Shown here piece after piece: positions 18,943-29,328 of a DNA stretch of 64,000 nucleotides. The DNA is from Myxococcota bacterium. Its GTDB lineage: Bacteria; Myxococcota_A; Polyangia; Nannocystales; Nannocystaceae. The notes under the pieces were generated by a model. That model did no database searches and was not told the DNA's origin. It was given only the letters and a program-made list of their open reading frames with translations. A program made the translations under genes and the position numbers. Numbering within the stretch: position 1 is the first letter of the stretch; each line of letters starts with the position of its first letter. The DNA is taken from NCBI GenBank assembly GCA_039028615.1, contig JBCCHT010000014.1, forward strand, positions 1 to 64,000, written 5' to 3'.

Positions 18943-18971
18943 ACGCGACGGCCCGTGTCCGCCGCCGCGGC

Positions 18972-20435
18972 TCAGGCCTTGCGGAACACGAGCCCCACGC
19001 CGGGCACGGGGACGACGAAATACAATCCACCGCGTCCGGCGGAGATCCTCGTGATCGGCTCTGCCATGCTCGGCAGGGACTCACCGTAGGTGACGGGCAC
19101 TCCGTCGGCGCCGACCCGCGACCACTGCGTGGGCTCTGCGGTGGTACGCACCAACGCCAGCACACTGCCGTCGGGATCGGCCTGGACCATCGCTTCACGC
19201 ATCGGAGTGACCGCGCCCGCGATGCGAACAGATGCAGTGACCTCCACCGCGTCCTCGTCGTCGATTCGAATGCCTTGGAGCATGGGGCCGTGCTCGTCCT
19301 CGAGCAGGGCGGCCACGGTGATTTGGTGCTCGGCCCCGACGCAGTGGTGCATGCGCACCATCCGTCCCCGCCAACGACCGATGACCCGCGGGGCCGCGGG
19401 CGCTTCGTCATCCGTCGGCCACGTCCACGCACACAGCTCGGTGTTCTCACCGTCGGCCGCGGTACGCGGAGCCAAGGTCACACGCCGACCGTCGAAACGG
19501 TACGCGGTGGTGATGTAAGTGGGCTGTGCCCCCGCCAGCACGGTCAGAGGCACCACCGTGGGTTCCTGCCCCCTGGCGAGCCGTACGGCGCGGAGTTCGA
19601 TGCCCTGCGGGCCCGCCGACTGCAGCACCACGTCGACGCCGAGCGGGTCGTCATCGCCGCTGAGATGCTCGAGCAGCGGAGGCACAATGGCGTTGCCCTC
19701 CCCCACGGGCAGCCGCCCGATGGACTCGACATCGGTACCGTTGAGCGTGGCGACGGCCAGGTCGCTGCCCTCGATCCAACCGACATAGTCACGCCACCGA
19801 CCGAGGCCACGGGGCGGTAGCGAGTTGACGGGAGCGACCGGGTGCCCGACCTCTGCGACGACTCGGCTGCCCGTCCACGCCGGGTTGAAGAATGCCCCGA
19901 GCGAGGCCAGCACGACTTGGTAGCCGCCTTTGGTCTGCCGGGTCCAGGCCCCGAAATGCACCGACCCGCCGCCACCCGTGGCCGGCACGAGATGGATGTT
20001 CTGCGGATCCGACGGCAGCACCTCGATCTCGACGGGCTCCGACTCGCACACGATCGGCCCCGTGCTCTCCGGAGGCTCTTGTTCGGAGTCCTCGGGCTCC
20101 TCGGGCTCGGCCCACGAATAGCGTACGCGCAGCGAATACTTCCCCGGGCGCGGCGGTCGGACGACCGTCCACAGCTCGAAGTAGTGGACGTTCTCGGCCT
20201 GGCCCGGAACTTCGAGGCGGACGTCGTCGGGGGTGAGTCTCGCCTTTCTGCCGTGGGCTTCGGTCTGACCGGTCTGTTCGTCGGTCACCAGCACCCACGG
20301 CACCGCACGATGGGTATCGGCGTTGACCAAGCGAAGCGGTTCGTCCCCGTCGTTGCGAAGACGCGCGACGCAACGCACAGAGTGATGCCAGTCGAGGCTT
20401 TGGACGTCGACCTCCAGAGTCGCAGTGACGGACAT
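18972..20435 (-). CDS. Hypothetical beta-rich protein (possible immunity/partner of upstream gene)
   Basis: 487-aa ORF 24 bp downstream of 20460..23147. Confidence 0.7.
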   Translation of the reverse strand: MSVTATLEVDVQSLDWHHSVRCVARLRNDGDEPLRLVNADTHRAVPWVLVTDEQTGQTEAHGRKARLTPDDVRLEVPGQAENVHYFELWTVVRPPRPGKYSLRVRYSWAEPEEPEDSEQEPPESTGPIVCESEPVEIEVLPSDPQNIHLVPATGGGGSVHFGAWTRQTKGGYQVVLASLGAFFNPAWTGSRVVAEVGHPVAPVNSLPPRGLGRWRDYVGWIEGSDLAVATLNGTDVESIGRLPVGEGNAIVPPLLEHLSGDDDPLGVDVVLQSAGPQGIELRAVRLARGQEPTVVPLTVLAGAQPTYITTAYRFDGRRVTLAPRTAADGENTELCAWTWPTDDEAPAAPRVIGRWRGRMVRMHHCVGAEHQITVAALLEDEHGPMLQGIRIDDEDAVEVTASVRIAGAVTPMREAMVQADPDGSVLALVRTTAEPTQWSRVGADGVPVTYGESLPSMAEPITRISAGRGGLYFVVPVPGVGLVFRKA

Positions 20436-20459
20436 GGGCTTCCTCGCAAGAGCAGTGGG

Positions 20460-23147
20460 CTATACGCCCGTGTTGTGGGTCGGGCTTTGGACGTGCCAGC
20501 CCCGCAAAGAGAGACCACATCGCCCGCAGTACTCTCCGTAGCAGCCCATGTACGACATCACGCAGGCACACTCCCCGGCTTGCGGGGTGGTGAAGGCGGG
20601 ATCGGGCTGCACCTGATGCAGCTCTGCCGGGCCGCCCGGCGTCGGCGGCTGGTGGGACAAGGTCAACACATGACCCAACTCGTGGATCCCGTTGGAGGTC
20701 GCCGCGTAGATGAAGAACTCCTGACGGTAAACGTCCTCGGTGTGCGAAACGATGGCCGTACGACACGGAATGCCGTAGCCACTGGTGATGTTTGCCGGGC
20801 CCGCCAGCGCTCGGTGGTCCCAACTCTCGCCACGTGGGACCTGGAGCAGCGTCAGTCCGGGTAAGATGCCGCCCTTGGCGAAATGCTCGGTAACGACCTC
20901 GACGGCCAGGTTCGACGCGGCCTCGAGTTCTCCGACCAAGGTGTTGTCGTTTGGATCGAGGTCCCCAAAATTGACCGGTTTGAGGTGGTTATATTCGGAC
21001 AGACTGCGCCAATTGAGCAGGAATGGCGAGGTCATGTCGTGGAACAACAATGTGGCCCAGTGAACCTGGGTCGTCACGAGGCCCGAGGCGGCGATGACCT
21101 GACGCGCGCGCGCGAGGGCCGCCTGCATCTCGTTATTGTCCATGTCCTCCCGCCCGGGCGAATCGTCGATGAGCTGGATGTAGTGCTGCTCGAGCTGGTC
21201 CTCGAACCCGATGAACTGGTGCTGGATGGGCCGGTACATCTTGTCGTTGCGACCCACCAGGTCCGCCCGGGTCGAAGCGGCGTAGGCGTTCTCCAACTGC
21301 GCTCCGGGAAGCACCGCGAGGTCGCTCAGCCCAGCTTCGATATGCATGCGATCGAACGCGTTGTCCCCGAAGTAGTGGCAATTCTGGCCAGCAAGCGGGT
21401 TGAGGTGCGGGTAGTCGAACATATCGTTGACCGCCTGCGAGTAGTTGAGCCGCGTGGTATTCGGCTTCCGGATGTAGCGGTGCATTCGGATGTTGCGCCA
21501 CACAACCATCGTGCCGGTCGTCGCCTCGACGGTGGTCGCGAGGCTGAGGCCCTGCGTCTGCAGCCACGGGCGATCGATGTAGACCCGGAGCCGGTAGCGG
21601 TCCCCCGCAATGCTCGACGGCGTGAAGACCACTCCTGCGTAGCCCTGATCGTTGGCGACGCAGCGCGCCGCGTATCGATTGCCCATTCCCGTGCTCACGG
21701 TCGCCCGTGCCAGCGTGCCCATGTCGCGACGACCCCGCCCCGCCGTATGAAAGCCGGCTTCGTTGGCGGTGGGCGTCTCGAACACGTGATCTCCAATGCC
21801 CTGCCCCGCCTTGCCACCGTGGGTATGGGGGCAATTGTCGCGCTGAGGGTCATGGGCATCATTCCCTTGGTTCGCGGCCAGAACCCAGTCGATGTACTGC
21901 TTCGGCCCCTCGTTGGGCAGCTCGTACGGTGGCCCATTGTTCATCATGGCTTGCATGACCAGATGGGCGTTGGGCTGCTTGTTTTGCGGAACGTTGGGAA
22001 TCGGCGCCGCTACGAACGGGCCGCGCTGATTGGGTGCGCCGCCCGGAGGCAACGCCAGTGCGTTCGTCGCCCGAAGCTGGACCGCCGCCCACTCGTTGTT
22101 GTTGAGACCGCGGTGTACGCCCCAACGATTGGGCCGCGGCCCGTTGATCATCCCCGGATCCTTGGCGTAGTCCATCACCGTATGCCGCGTGGCCGGGGCT
22201 GCAAACGCGGTCCCCACCGGATCCGCGGGGGCAAGCAGCTGGAAGTGCACGGGCGCATTCCCGACCGCGGTGACACGCCCGTCCGGCCACACCCGCTCGA
22301 CCTTCGCCAGCAACGGGAAACGACCCATCTTCGGGTTGTCGCGCCGGACGATGTCTTCGATCGCGAAGCGGTCGCAACCGATCTCGAAGTCGTATTGATT
22401 GTCGGCCGCGTTGTGTGGTCCGCCGCCCAACGTGTACTGGCCACCGCGCCCGCCTGCACTCTTGTTGAAGCAGTAGCCGCCCGGGAATCGAATCGCGCCG
22501 AAGTTGCCTGCGGCCGGCAGCGCCCCACCGCCGAGAACCTGTCCGCTATTCGGATGTGCGCTGGTGATCTGGTTATTTTGAATCTCGCGCTTGAGCTTAG
22601 CCACCGCGGCGGCATTGCTCGGCACAACCCCGTTGTTCGGGGTGTGGACCTTCTTGTAGTACTCCCAGCACTTGTGGGCATGGCTGTTGATCTTGGTGTG
22701 GCCGAGTGGCGTGTACAGGTAGCCCAGCGCCTGAAGACGCTGCTGCACCCCGGCCGCGCGCCACGGCTGTCGCACATCGTTCGCCACCTCATCGAACAGT
22801 GAGTCGATGTCTCCCAGCGAGAGCGTGACCCGATAGACGGGTCGCGGATACTGCAGAGCGTTGAAGCGGCTGCGATTGAGCCCGCGATGGGGACCCACGT
22901 TGTTCGGGCGATACCGCTCCTGCGGATCGTAGTCGAGTTGCTGAAAGCGGTCGCGCAAGTACGTCAGCGCGTCGTCATCGATGAACTTGTTGTTGTTGAC
23001 CCAGATGATCAGGCGCGCCTTCAAACGAACATTGTTGTCGTTGATGAGGTTGTTGTCCTGCTCCTTGACCCACCGACGAACCGCATGACCTCGAATCAGG
23101 CGGTTCTGGTTGGTGCGGACCGTGATATCGCTCCAACGCATTGCCAT
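20460..23147 (-). CDS. Large Asn-rich protein with C-terminal metzincin-like metallopeptidase motif (candidate effector)
   Basis: GIHELGHVLTLSH followed by CVMSY (Met-turn-like); PG-binding-like GVQQRLQALGY near the N-terminus. Confidence 0.75.
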   Translation of the reverse strand: MAMRWSDITVRTNQNRLIRGHAVRRWVKEQDNNLINDNNVRLKARLIIWVNNNKFIDDDALTYLRDRFQQLDYDPQERYRPNNVGPHRGLNRSRFNALQYPRPVYRVTLSLGDIDSLFDEVANDVRQPWRAAGVQQRLQALGYLYTPLGHTKINSHAHKCWEYYKKVHTPNNGVVPSNAAAVAKLKREIQNNQITSAHPNSGQVLGGGALPAAGNFGAIRFPGGYCFNKSAGGRGGQYTLGGGPHNAADNQYDFEIGCDRFAIEDIVRRDNPKMGRFPLLAKVERVWPDGRVTAVGNAPVHFQLLAPADPVGTAFAAPATRHTVMDYAKDPGMINGPRPNRWGVHRGLNNNEWAAVQLRATNALALPPGGAPNQRGPFVAAPIPNVPQNKQPNAHLVMQAMMNNGPPYELPNEGPKQYIDWVLAANQGNDAHDPQRDNCPHTHGGKAGQGIGDHVFETPTANEAGFHTAGRGRRDMGTLARATVSTGMGNRYAARCVANDQGYAGVVFTPSSIAGDRYRLRVYIDRPWLQTQGLSLATTVEATTGTMVVWRNIRMHRYIRKPNTTRLNYSQAVNDMFDYPHLNPLAGQNCHYFGDNAFDRMHIEAGLSDLAVLPGAQLENAYAASTRADLVGRNDKMYRPIQHQFIGFEDQLEQHYIQLIDDSPGREDMDNNEMQAALARARQVIAASGLVTTQVHWATLLFHDMTSPFLLNWRSLSEYNHLKPVNFGDLDPNDNTLVGELEAASNLAVEVVTEHFAKGGILPGLTLLQVPRGESWDHRALAGPANITSGYGIPCRTAIVSHTEDVYRQEFFIYAATSNGIHELGHVLTLSHQPPTPGGPAELHQVQPDPAFTTPQAGECACVMSYMGCYGEYCGRCGLSLRGWHVQSPTHNTGV

Positions 23148-23166
23148 AAGTCGCTACCCTCGTTCG

Positions 23167-23805
23167 TCAGCCGCCGTGGACGTCTTCCAACTTGGCGACG
23201 GTGTCTTTGTCCAGATCACCGGTCACCTCGAGTTCGTTCGCGATCTGGAAGTCGATGACCGCGTCGCACAGGTCATCGTCCCACTCGCCGTTGCACTTAC
23301 CTTCGAACAAACCGAGATTGAGCAGTCGCTGCTGCGCCCCGAGCACGCTGTCGATGGGATCGAGCCCGCCCATGAGCAGGTCGTATTCCTCGACCTCGTC
23401 TTCGGACACCGTAATTGTGAGCTTGAGCTTGGTCAGCTCGGGGGAGATCCAATGCTCGAGGCGCCCTTTGCCGTCGAGCTTGCCCTCGAACTTCACGCCG
23501 GAACCTTCGATCACGTACGCGAGCCCCTTGCGCGGCTCTCCCAAGGGGTCGAGCATCTCGAGGCGAAGTTGCTCGGGCACGCCCTTGACGCGGAAACGAT
23601 GGGCCTTGCCCGCATCGATCGACTCGGACTTGGCCCGTTTTTCCGGCACTGACACCACGTCGCCGGGAGCGAGGGTGTAGGGAGTCTTGCGCAGCTCTTT
23701 GAGCTTCTTGTTGTCGGGAAGGCCCCAAAGGGTCTCCCAGAAGAAGCCATACTCGAAGGCGATGCTCGACATGCATTCGCCCGTCTTGACGGTGTGCTTC
23801 GGCAC
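23167..23805 (-). CDS. LysM-like and peptidoglycan-binding domain protein
   Basis: HTVKTGECMSSIAFEYG...LAPGDVVSVP; AQQRLLNLGL...AVIDFQIANELEVTGDLDKDT. Confidence 0.85.
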   Translation of the reverse strand: MPKHTVKTGECMSSIAFEYGFFWETLWGLPDNKKLKELRKTPYTLAPGDVVSVPEKRAKSESIDAGKAHRFRVKGVPEQLRLEMLDPLGEPRKGLAYVIEGSGVKFEGKLDGKGRLEHWISPELTKLKLTITVSEDEVEEYDLLMGGLDPIDSVLGAQQRLLNLGLFEGKCNGEWDDDLCDAVIDFQIANELEVTGDLDKDTVAKLEDVHGG

Positions 23806-23878
23806 GTTACAGCGCAGATGATAGCCGATCGCCAGCGCTCCGCGACATGGTAGTCTGCAATCGTTCGCAGGACTCGCG

Positions 23879-24265
23879 ATGCTCCGGATCCGCCGTAAGC
23901 AAAAATGGGCGATCTCGCCCGGGAACCCGTCGTTTGTGGACGAGATGGCTGTTCATCTCGAGCGCCACTTTCCGACAGAGTGCGCAAAACTCTCGGACCC
24001 CGAACTTCGTCGCGCCATCGAGCACGGGGTGAGCAAAGCGTCTACCTATGGAATCGGGCTCCAGCGCGACGTGTGCAAGCTGTTGAACTTGATGTTTTGC
24101 TACGGCTTGGACTTCGATCTCGACCCGCAATACGACTGGATGCGCACATTTCTCAACGGGGCCAAGGAACAGCCCACCCTCCAGGTCGAGCGCCTGTACC
24201 GACGCGCACTCGCCCGAGCCGAACCGCCGACTGGCCTGGGGCCAGCACCCCGGAGGCCAGCGTAA
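23879..24265 (+). CDS. Small helical hypothetical protein of a type seen in vgrG/Rhs loci
   Basis: 128-aa ORF coupled to the next gene by a TAATG overlap. Confidence 0.65.
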   Translation: MLRIRRKQKWAISPGNPSFVDEMAVHLERHFPTECAKLSDPELRRAIEHGVSKASTYGIGLQRDVCKLLNLMFCYGLDFDLDPQYDWMRTFLNGAKEQPTLQVERLYRRALARAEPPTGLGPAPRRPA

Positions 24266-24570
24266 TGACCACCAACAACCAGTCCCTCAAGGACAGCGGC
24301 GAGTCGGCGAACGAGAACGTCGACAACAACAAGAGCTCCGATGGCTCGGTTCAGACCTGCCACGAGCTCACCTGGATCGACATCGAAGTCGTGGGTGACG
24401 ACGACCAGCCCATCCCGAACGTGCGCTACAAAGTGTTCAAACCCGACGGAACCCTGCTCGGCCAGGGGCGCGTGGACGAAAACGGCTGCGGGGGGTTCGA
24501 GCGCATCGAGGAAGGCACCTACACCGTGACCTTCCCCGACCTGGACGAAGAGTCCTGGGAAAAAGCCTGA
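24265..24570 (+). CDS. Stand-alone transthyretin/carboxypeptidase-regulatory-like domain protein (101 aa)
   Basis: WIDIEVVGDDDQPIPNVRYKVFKPDGTLLGQGRVDENG...GTYTVTFPDLD. Confidence 0.75.
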   Translation: MTTNNQSLKDSGESANENVDNNKSSDGSVQTCHELTWIDIEVVGDDDQPIPNVRYKVFKPDGTLLGQGRVDENGCGGFERIEEGTYTVTFPDLDEESWEKA

Positions 24571-24585
24571 AGTAGGGCCACCCGG

Positions 24586-24930
24586 TCACGAATTCGCGCC
24601 GCTGAACCGGATCCTCAGCCGCGCGAGCCATCCGTGGTCTCGCCACGGCGTCGCAGTCCAAGCGGGCAGTGTGTCCTCGCGCGGCTGATGGCCGTTCGGA
24701 TCGACACGCACCCCACCGAGCCGCGACATCGCCCTCCCGACGTACGCGAGCGCGACATAGTCCTGCGACAGGACCCAGACCACCTCATCGCACCCGGTTG
24801 CCGAGTCCTCCCCGGCCTCCACGCTGTCGATCGCCACGTGGAGCCGCTCGCCCAGTTCGTCCCGCAGGCACCGCACCAGCACGTCACGCGGAGGGGCGAC
24901 CGGCTCGAAGCGGAACGCCGTGATGGCCAT
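24586..24930 (-). CDS. Hypothetical protein
   Basis: ORF with plausible composition (MAITAFRFEP...); start uncertain. Confidence 0.5.
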   Translation of the reverse strand: MAITAFRFEPVAPPRDVLVRCLRDELGERLHVAIDSVEAGEDSATGCDEVVWVLSQDYVALAYVGRAMSRLGGVRVDPNGHQPREDTLPAWTATPWRDHGWLARLRIRFSGANS

Positions 24931-24985
24931 GGGACCCCTGCCGCCGATCATGAGCACCGCCGAGTGTACCCGCCCGCTCGCGCGG

Positions 24986-26485
24986 TCACTGCACGCTGAG
25001 CTGGCTGATGTCGAGGCACGCCGCCGTACCGCCCCCCGTCTTGCCGTAGAGCACCGAGTAGCACCAGGCCTCATTGCGCAGGTAGTCGCCGCCCGGACCG
25101 TTGTACGCGCAGGTGTCGGCGCCGTAGTTGATGCCCGAGGTCAGCAAGTCGGGGCTGCTCATGCCCGCGGAGTACCAGTGGCCCTCTTGCAACGGATCCC
25201 AGGGCCGCGAAAAACAAAAGCAGTCCCAGTCGCCATCGTAGCTCGTGTTGGCAGCCCCGCCTGCGTCTACCTTGAACGACAGGTTGATGTTGTCGTGGTT
25301 CGAGCCGATGTACCGACGGGTAATGAAGTCGTAGTCCTTGTACACCCCCTCATCGGCGGAGTAGGTCGACGAGCACGTGTTGTCGAGCGCGGGGTGCTGC
25401 ACGTGGAAGTACATGGGCTCGGAGGTGCGGGCCGACCCGGTGGAGCTCCAGCCCGTGAGCGTGGCGGGACCGCTCTCCGCGGTTGCGGGCACCGTGACAC
25501 TGAGGAAGTTGTTCTCGTGCTGCGAGTGGCCGGTATTCACGGACACCGCGGCGGCCCCCGTGAACATGATGGTGGGGTCAGTCCAACCCGCGGGTGTGGT
25601 GCGTGAGCGACCGTAGGGATAGCGGAGATAGCTGCCGCGAGCCTCGAGCGTATCGCCGCGCTCGCCCGCACTGCCCAGGCCCAGCGCGTTGGTGTCCACG
25701 ATCTGCTCGAGCCGAGGTTTGTGGGCATCGAGCATGGCCGTGGTGATGATCCCGGCCTGCTCGAGCTGCTGAAACGAGGTCCCGCGAGGGATCGAGAAGT
25801 GCAGGTTCAACGCCAGCCGCTCGAGCGGGTCGATGCCGTCGAGCATGGGGCTGTAGCCCATGTTGGACCGACGGTTGCCCGAGTGCCCCCCGTCGCCAAA
25901 CAACACATGGGCCAGCTCGTGGCGCACGAAGGCCTCCTCGGCCCGGCAGAGGAACGCGTTTTGCTGCGGATCGCAGGGCGGCAGCAGCATGCGCCCGCCC
26001 GTGTGATCGACCCCGCCGTAGGGCGCGGGTGGCTCGGCCCACGCCTGCCCATAGCTCGAGCCGGGAGTGAACTTCACCACGATGTAGTTGAGCGGATCGG
26101 GAGGCGGCACGACCTCGTAGATGAAGTGCGGGACCATGGTGCCGGTCAGGTCGCGCACGCCCATGTCCAGGTAGTCTCGAATCATGCGCTGCCCCGGCGT
26201 GTCCGACCAGTTCTCGAACCAGAACACGGGGTCGGCATAGAGCCGCGAGCTGTCGCGGGTCAGGGCACCGCTCGGGCTCGTCGCGAGGACGATCTCCGTG
26301 TAGACGATCGCCGCCTCGTCGTTCCAGCCGGGCGGCGGCACCAGCAGCTGGCGGAACTCGTCCTCACCGTCGGAGTCGAGCTCGCCGTCGGTGTCGAGCG
26401 TGAAGTCGGGGTCGTGGGATTCGCCCGGGTCGCAGGCGAAGAGCCCCAGGGCGAGCAGCAGAGCGGTACGTGGGGTTTGCAGCAT
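24986..26485 (-). CDS. Lipoprotein with HEXXH zinc-peptidase-like motif
   Basis: Lipobox LGLFAC; VRHELAHVLFGDGGH...SNMGY; IPT/Ig-like stretch and Cys-containing C-terminus. Confidence 0.75.
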   Translation of the reverse strand: MLQTPRTALLLALGLFACDPGESHDPDFTLDTDGELDSDGEDEFRQLLVPPPGWNDEAAIVYTEIVLATSPSGALTRDSSRLYADPVFWFENWSDTPGQRMIRDYLDMGVRDLTGTMVPHFIYEVVPPPDPLNYIVVKFTPGSSYGQAWAEPPAPYGGVDHTGGRMLLPPCDPQQNAFLCRAEEAFVRHELAHVLFGDGGHSGNRRSNMGYSPMLDGIDPLERLALNLHFSIPRGTSFQQLEQAGIITTAMLDAHKPRLEQIVDTNALGLGSAGERGDTLEARGSYLRYPYGRSRTTPAGWTDPTIMFTGAAAVSVNTGHSQHENNFLSVTVPATAESGPATLTGWSSTGSARTSEPMYFHVQHPALDNTCSSTYSADEGVYKDYDFITRRYIGSNHDNINLSFKVDAGGAANTSYDGDWDCFCFSRPWDPLQEGHWYSAGMSSPDLLTSGINYGADTCAYNGPGGDYLRNEAWCYSVLYGKTGGGTAACLDISQLSVQ

Positions 26486-26590
26486 GGCGGCCTCGCCCTT
26501 CCAAGTCCGAACGCCCGCGCTAGGGATTGCGAAGCCCCGAGAAACCCGCCTCTATGCGTCTTCTGCCAGCAAACCGGTGTTCCAAGTGGG

Positions 26591-27121
26591 TCAGGTGGCG
26601 GGACCCTCGGGCAGGGTCAGCTCGTCGGTGACCAGCGTTTCGTAGCGGTCGCTGATCCAGTCGACGTCGAAGTCCACGCCGTCCGCGTCCGAGCCGAGCG
26701 AACCGTAGAGGACCTCGAGGCACTGCACCATCCACAGGCTGCGTCGCGGGTCCATGGGGTGCGTCAAGACCCGGGTCACGCCGTGATCCGCCCCTGGCAC
26801 GGGCTCGAGCAGGTGTCGCGGATAGTCGTCGCAGAACACGAAGTCGATGACGATGGTGTCGCCCTCGGCCCGCACCTGCGCACTCTCCATGGGAATGACG
26901 TCCATGGCCACCGCCTGGACCTCGCCCTGCGGACCCGACACGGTGATCGGCAGACCATCGAACTCGGGGTGCGGTGCTTGGTCGTGCTCCTCGCTCGCCT
27001 CCGGTCGAGTCCGCCGCAGGCCTCGGGTCGCAGGTACGCCGGGACCCGTGGAGGGCGCGCCCAGGATGAGGGAGCGCAGCAGGTCGTCCGTCTGCCTCAC
27101 GATGCTGGCGATGTCGCTCAT
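26591..27121 (-). CDS. Acidic hypothetical protein, candidate immunity protein
   Basis: ATGA overlap with the upstream basic protein; D/E-rich. Confidence 0.65.
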   Translation of the reverse strand: MSDIASIVRQTDDLLRSLILGAPSTGPGVPATRGLRRTRPEASEEHDQAPHPEFDGLPITVSGPQGEVQAVAMDVIPMESAQVRAEGDTIVIDFVFCDDYPRHLLEPVPGADHGVTRVLTHPMDPRRSLWMVQCLEVLYGSLGSDADGVDFDVDWISDRYETLVTDELTLPEGPAT

Positions 27122-29328
27122 GGCTGCAGATAGGCCGGAAACCCGACGCCCTTTTGGTTGGCTTGCAAAAACTCGCGGTCCATCGGCAGGCGCGTCTTGT
27201 TGTCCCAGGACAAGCGCTCGGCGAAGTGCAGACCGGACAACTTGCCGTACTTGGTCTTGCTCGAATACTTGTAGGTCACTTCAGCCAAGCCACCCCGGCT
27301 GACCTGAATGTCCAGCAGCGGCACCGTGAACTTTTGCAGCAGTCGCGACACGTCGATGCCCCCTCCCCGCTTCTTGCTCACGCCGCGTTTGCGCCCGGGG
27401 TGTTTGATCTTGCCGTAGGCCGCGTTGGCGAGAGCGTTGATTCCGTCGCCCCGGCTCGCGTCAATCATCGCCTGTGCGAGTTCCTGCCTCGGGGCGTAGA
27501 TGCTCCACATCGCGGTGACCTTGTCGCGGGCGGGCATGCCTCGCAGCGACCACGCGTAGCGCACGATGGCGTAGTTGGCGTGCAGGTCCTTCTCGTACAT
27601 CGGCACGAGCGGCGACGCATAGATCATCCACGGAGCCTTCACGGTGCCGATCTTGAGGACGTCGAAGCCACTGAAGCTCGTCTTGGCGCGAGAGAACAAG
27701 AACAGTCGAGCAAACCCCAGGGGGCGGCGCGTCTTGAGGACGGACTCGACGTGCTTGTCGAGGGCGGTCGCGTCGGCCGGGGTCATCTTCTTCCACACGC
27801 CGACGCCGCGAAACGGGTCTCCTCCCCCGATCCTCTCCGCGGCGGGGCCATCGAAATTGCCGGTATGGAAACCCGAGCCCACCCGCAGCACCGTGACCCC
27901 GTTGCCACGCCCGCGGACTCCAAGGCCGCCGGTGTCGAGTAGCTGAAAGCGCGCGTCGTCGAGTTTTTTCTTCCCCAGCATGACCGCGGGGTCGGTGCGC
28001 AGCACGAAGCCCGCATGGGCCGCGGCCGAGTTGTCGACCAGCACTCCGCCTGGGCCGATCTTCCACACGTTGACGATCTTGAAGTGCTTGGTGACGTTCT
28101 CCTTGGTCCCTGTGATGAACGAGCCGTTGCCGTTGGCGTCCACGTTGTTCTTCGGCTTTCGGTTCGCAAACACGAACATCGAGCCGGGGCCGAACTCGCA
28201 GCCCTTGAACTTGTTCTTGATCGTGTAGAGAACCTTGGCCGTCTTCAGCTCGTCGTGGCACTGAAACTGAGTGGGGTCGACTCGGCCGTTGGCACCCGGC
28301 GCATTGGGAACGACGGCCTTGGGGGGCTTGCCGTCGATCACCCAACATCCACCCAAGTCGTGAACGAGCGACGCGCTGGAGGACCCGGCGTTGACGAGCC
28401 GACGCCCCTTTCTGCGAGCCAGCTTCGGCCACGACTTGAAGCGATGCGCCGGTCGGCCACGGCTGGAGATCCCGAATGCGGCCAGGTGCTGGCATGCGTG
28501 GATGAGCCCGTAGACGTCCTTGCCGTTCCGCCCGTCGATGTTGTCGGCGAGGAGCTCGGAGTCGCGTTTCTCCGTGCCGAAGTAGAGCACGCCCGGCCCC
28601 CCGTACGCCGTCAGGGTGAGCATCTCCGTGACCTGCCGCGCCCAGGCTTCCTCGGCGTTGGCCAGCTTCGCCTTGGGGGGAAGCTGGGTGGGCAACGGAT
28701 GCGCTCCCTGAGCATCCCATGCCGCGTCGAGAGCATCGGGGCGATGGGTTCCGCGGGCCTTGGGGGTCGGCAAGCGCGAGACGATGTGCTTGACGAGTGG
28801 CCCGATGTCGCTCGCCTGGCCCAGCAGCGGATCGTGGGCAGGCGCAGGCCCATTGGGCACGGTGGCCTGGTTGAGTCCCACGACCAGCCGTGGGAACTGC
28901 CCCACCTTGAGCACGACCTTGTGTGCCGCGACGGTATTGAGACGGCGCGCGCCCAGTCGTACCGACTTGAACTGACCGCCGTAGACCACGCGCAAGAACG
29001 CGGTCCCCACGTTGGCTTCGATGAAGACCTGCCAGCGCCAGAACAACACGCCATGCTCGGGCGAACCGGACAGGTTGATCGTCAGCTTGTCCTTCGAGTC
29101 TTTCACCGGAGGGGGCGACGTCGCGGTCGTCCAGGTCTTGCCCGAACGCTCGATCACGGCGAGGCGCTTGCTGGTGAGCGGCGTGCCCATTCCGGTGATG
29201 CGCTGCACGCTGATCGGCGGCGGCTTGATCTTCGAGTCGGTGACCCGCACGTCGATCACGAAGCGCAGGTTCGTGCCCTCGGCCTCGACGAAGCGCACGC
29301 TGAGGTCGACCTTGGCCTTCTTGCTCAT
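27118..29328 (-). CDS. Lys-rich 736-aa protein with putative papain/NlpC-P60-like Cys-His-Asp motifs (candidate effector)
   Basis: HACQHLA, GPGSMFVF, AHAGFVL, QLLDTGG; ATGA-coupled start at 29328. Confidence 0.7.
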   Translation of the reverse strand: MSKKAKVDLSVRFVEAEGTNLRFVIDVRVTDSKIKPPPISVQRITGMGTPLTSKRLAVIERSGKTWTTATSPPPVKDSKDKLTINLSGSPEHGVLFWRWQVFIEANVGTAFLRVVYGGQFKSVRLGARRLNTVAAHKVVLKVGQFPRLVVGLNQATVPNGPAPAHDPLLGQASDIGPLVKHIVSRLPTPKARGTHRPDALDAAWDAQGAHPLPTQLPPKAKLANAEEAWARQVTEMLTLTAYGGPGVLYFGTEKRDSELLADNIDGRNGKDVYGLIHACQHLAAFGISSRGRPAHRFKSWPKLARRKGRRLVNAGSSSASLVHDLGGCWVIDGKPPKAVVPNAPGANGRVDPTQFQCHDELKTAKVLYTIKNKFKGCEFGPGSMFVFANRKPKNNVDANGNGSFITGTKENVTKHFKIVNVWKIGPGGVLVDNSAAAHAGFVLRTDPAVMLGKKKLDDARFQLLDTGGLGVRGRGNGVTVLRVGSGFHTGNFDGPAAERIGGGDPFRGVGVWKKMTPADATALDKHVESVLKTRRPLGFARLFLFSRAKTSFSGFDVLKIGTVKAPWMIYASPLVPMYEKDLHANYAIVRYAWSLRGMPARDKVTAMWSIYAPRQELAQAMIDASRGDGINALANAAYGKIKHPGRKRGVSKKRGGGIDVSRLLQKFTVPLLDIQVSRGGLAEVTYKYSSKTKYGKLSGLHFAERLSWDNKTRLPMDREFLQANQKGVGFPAYLQP

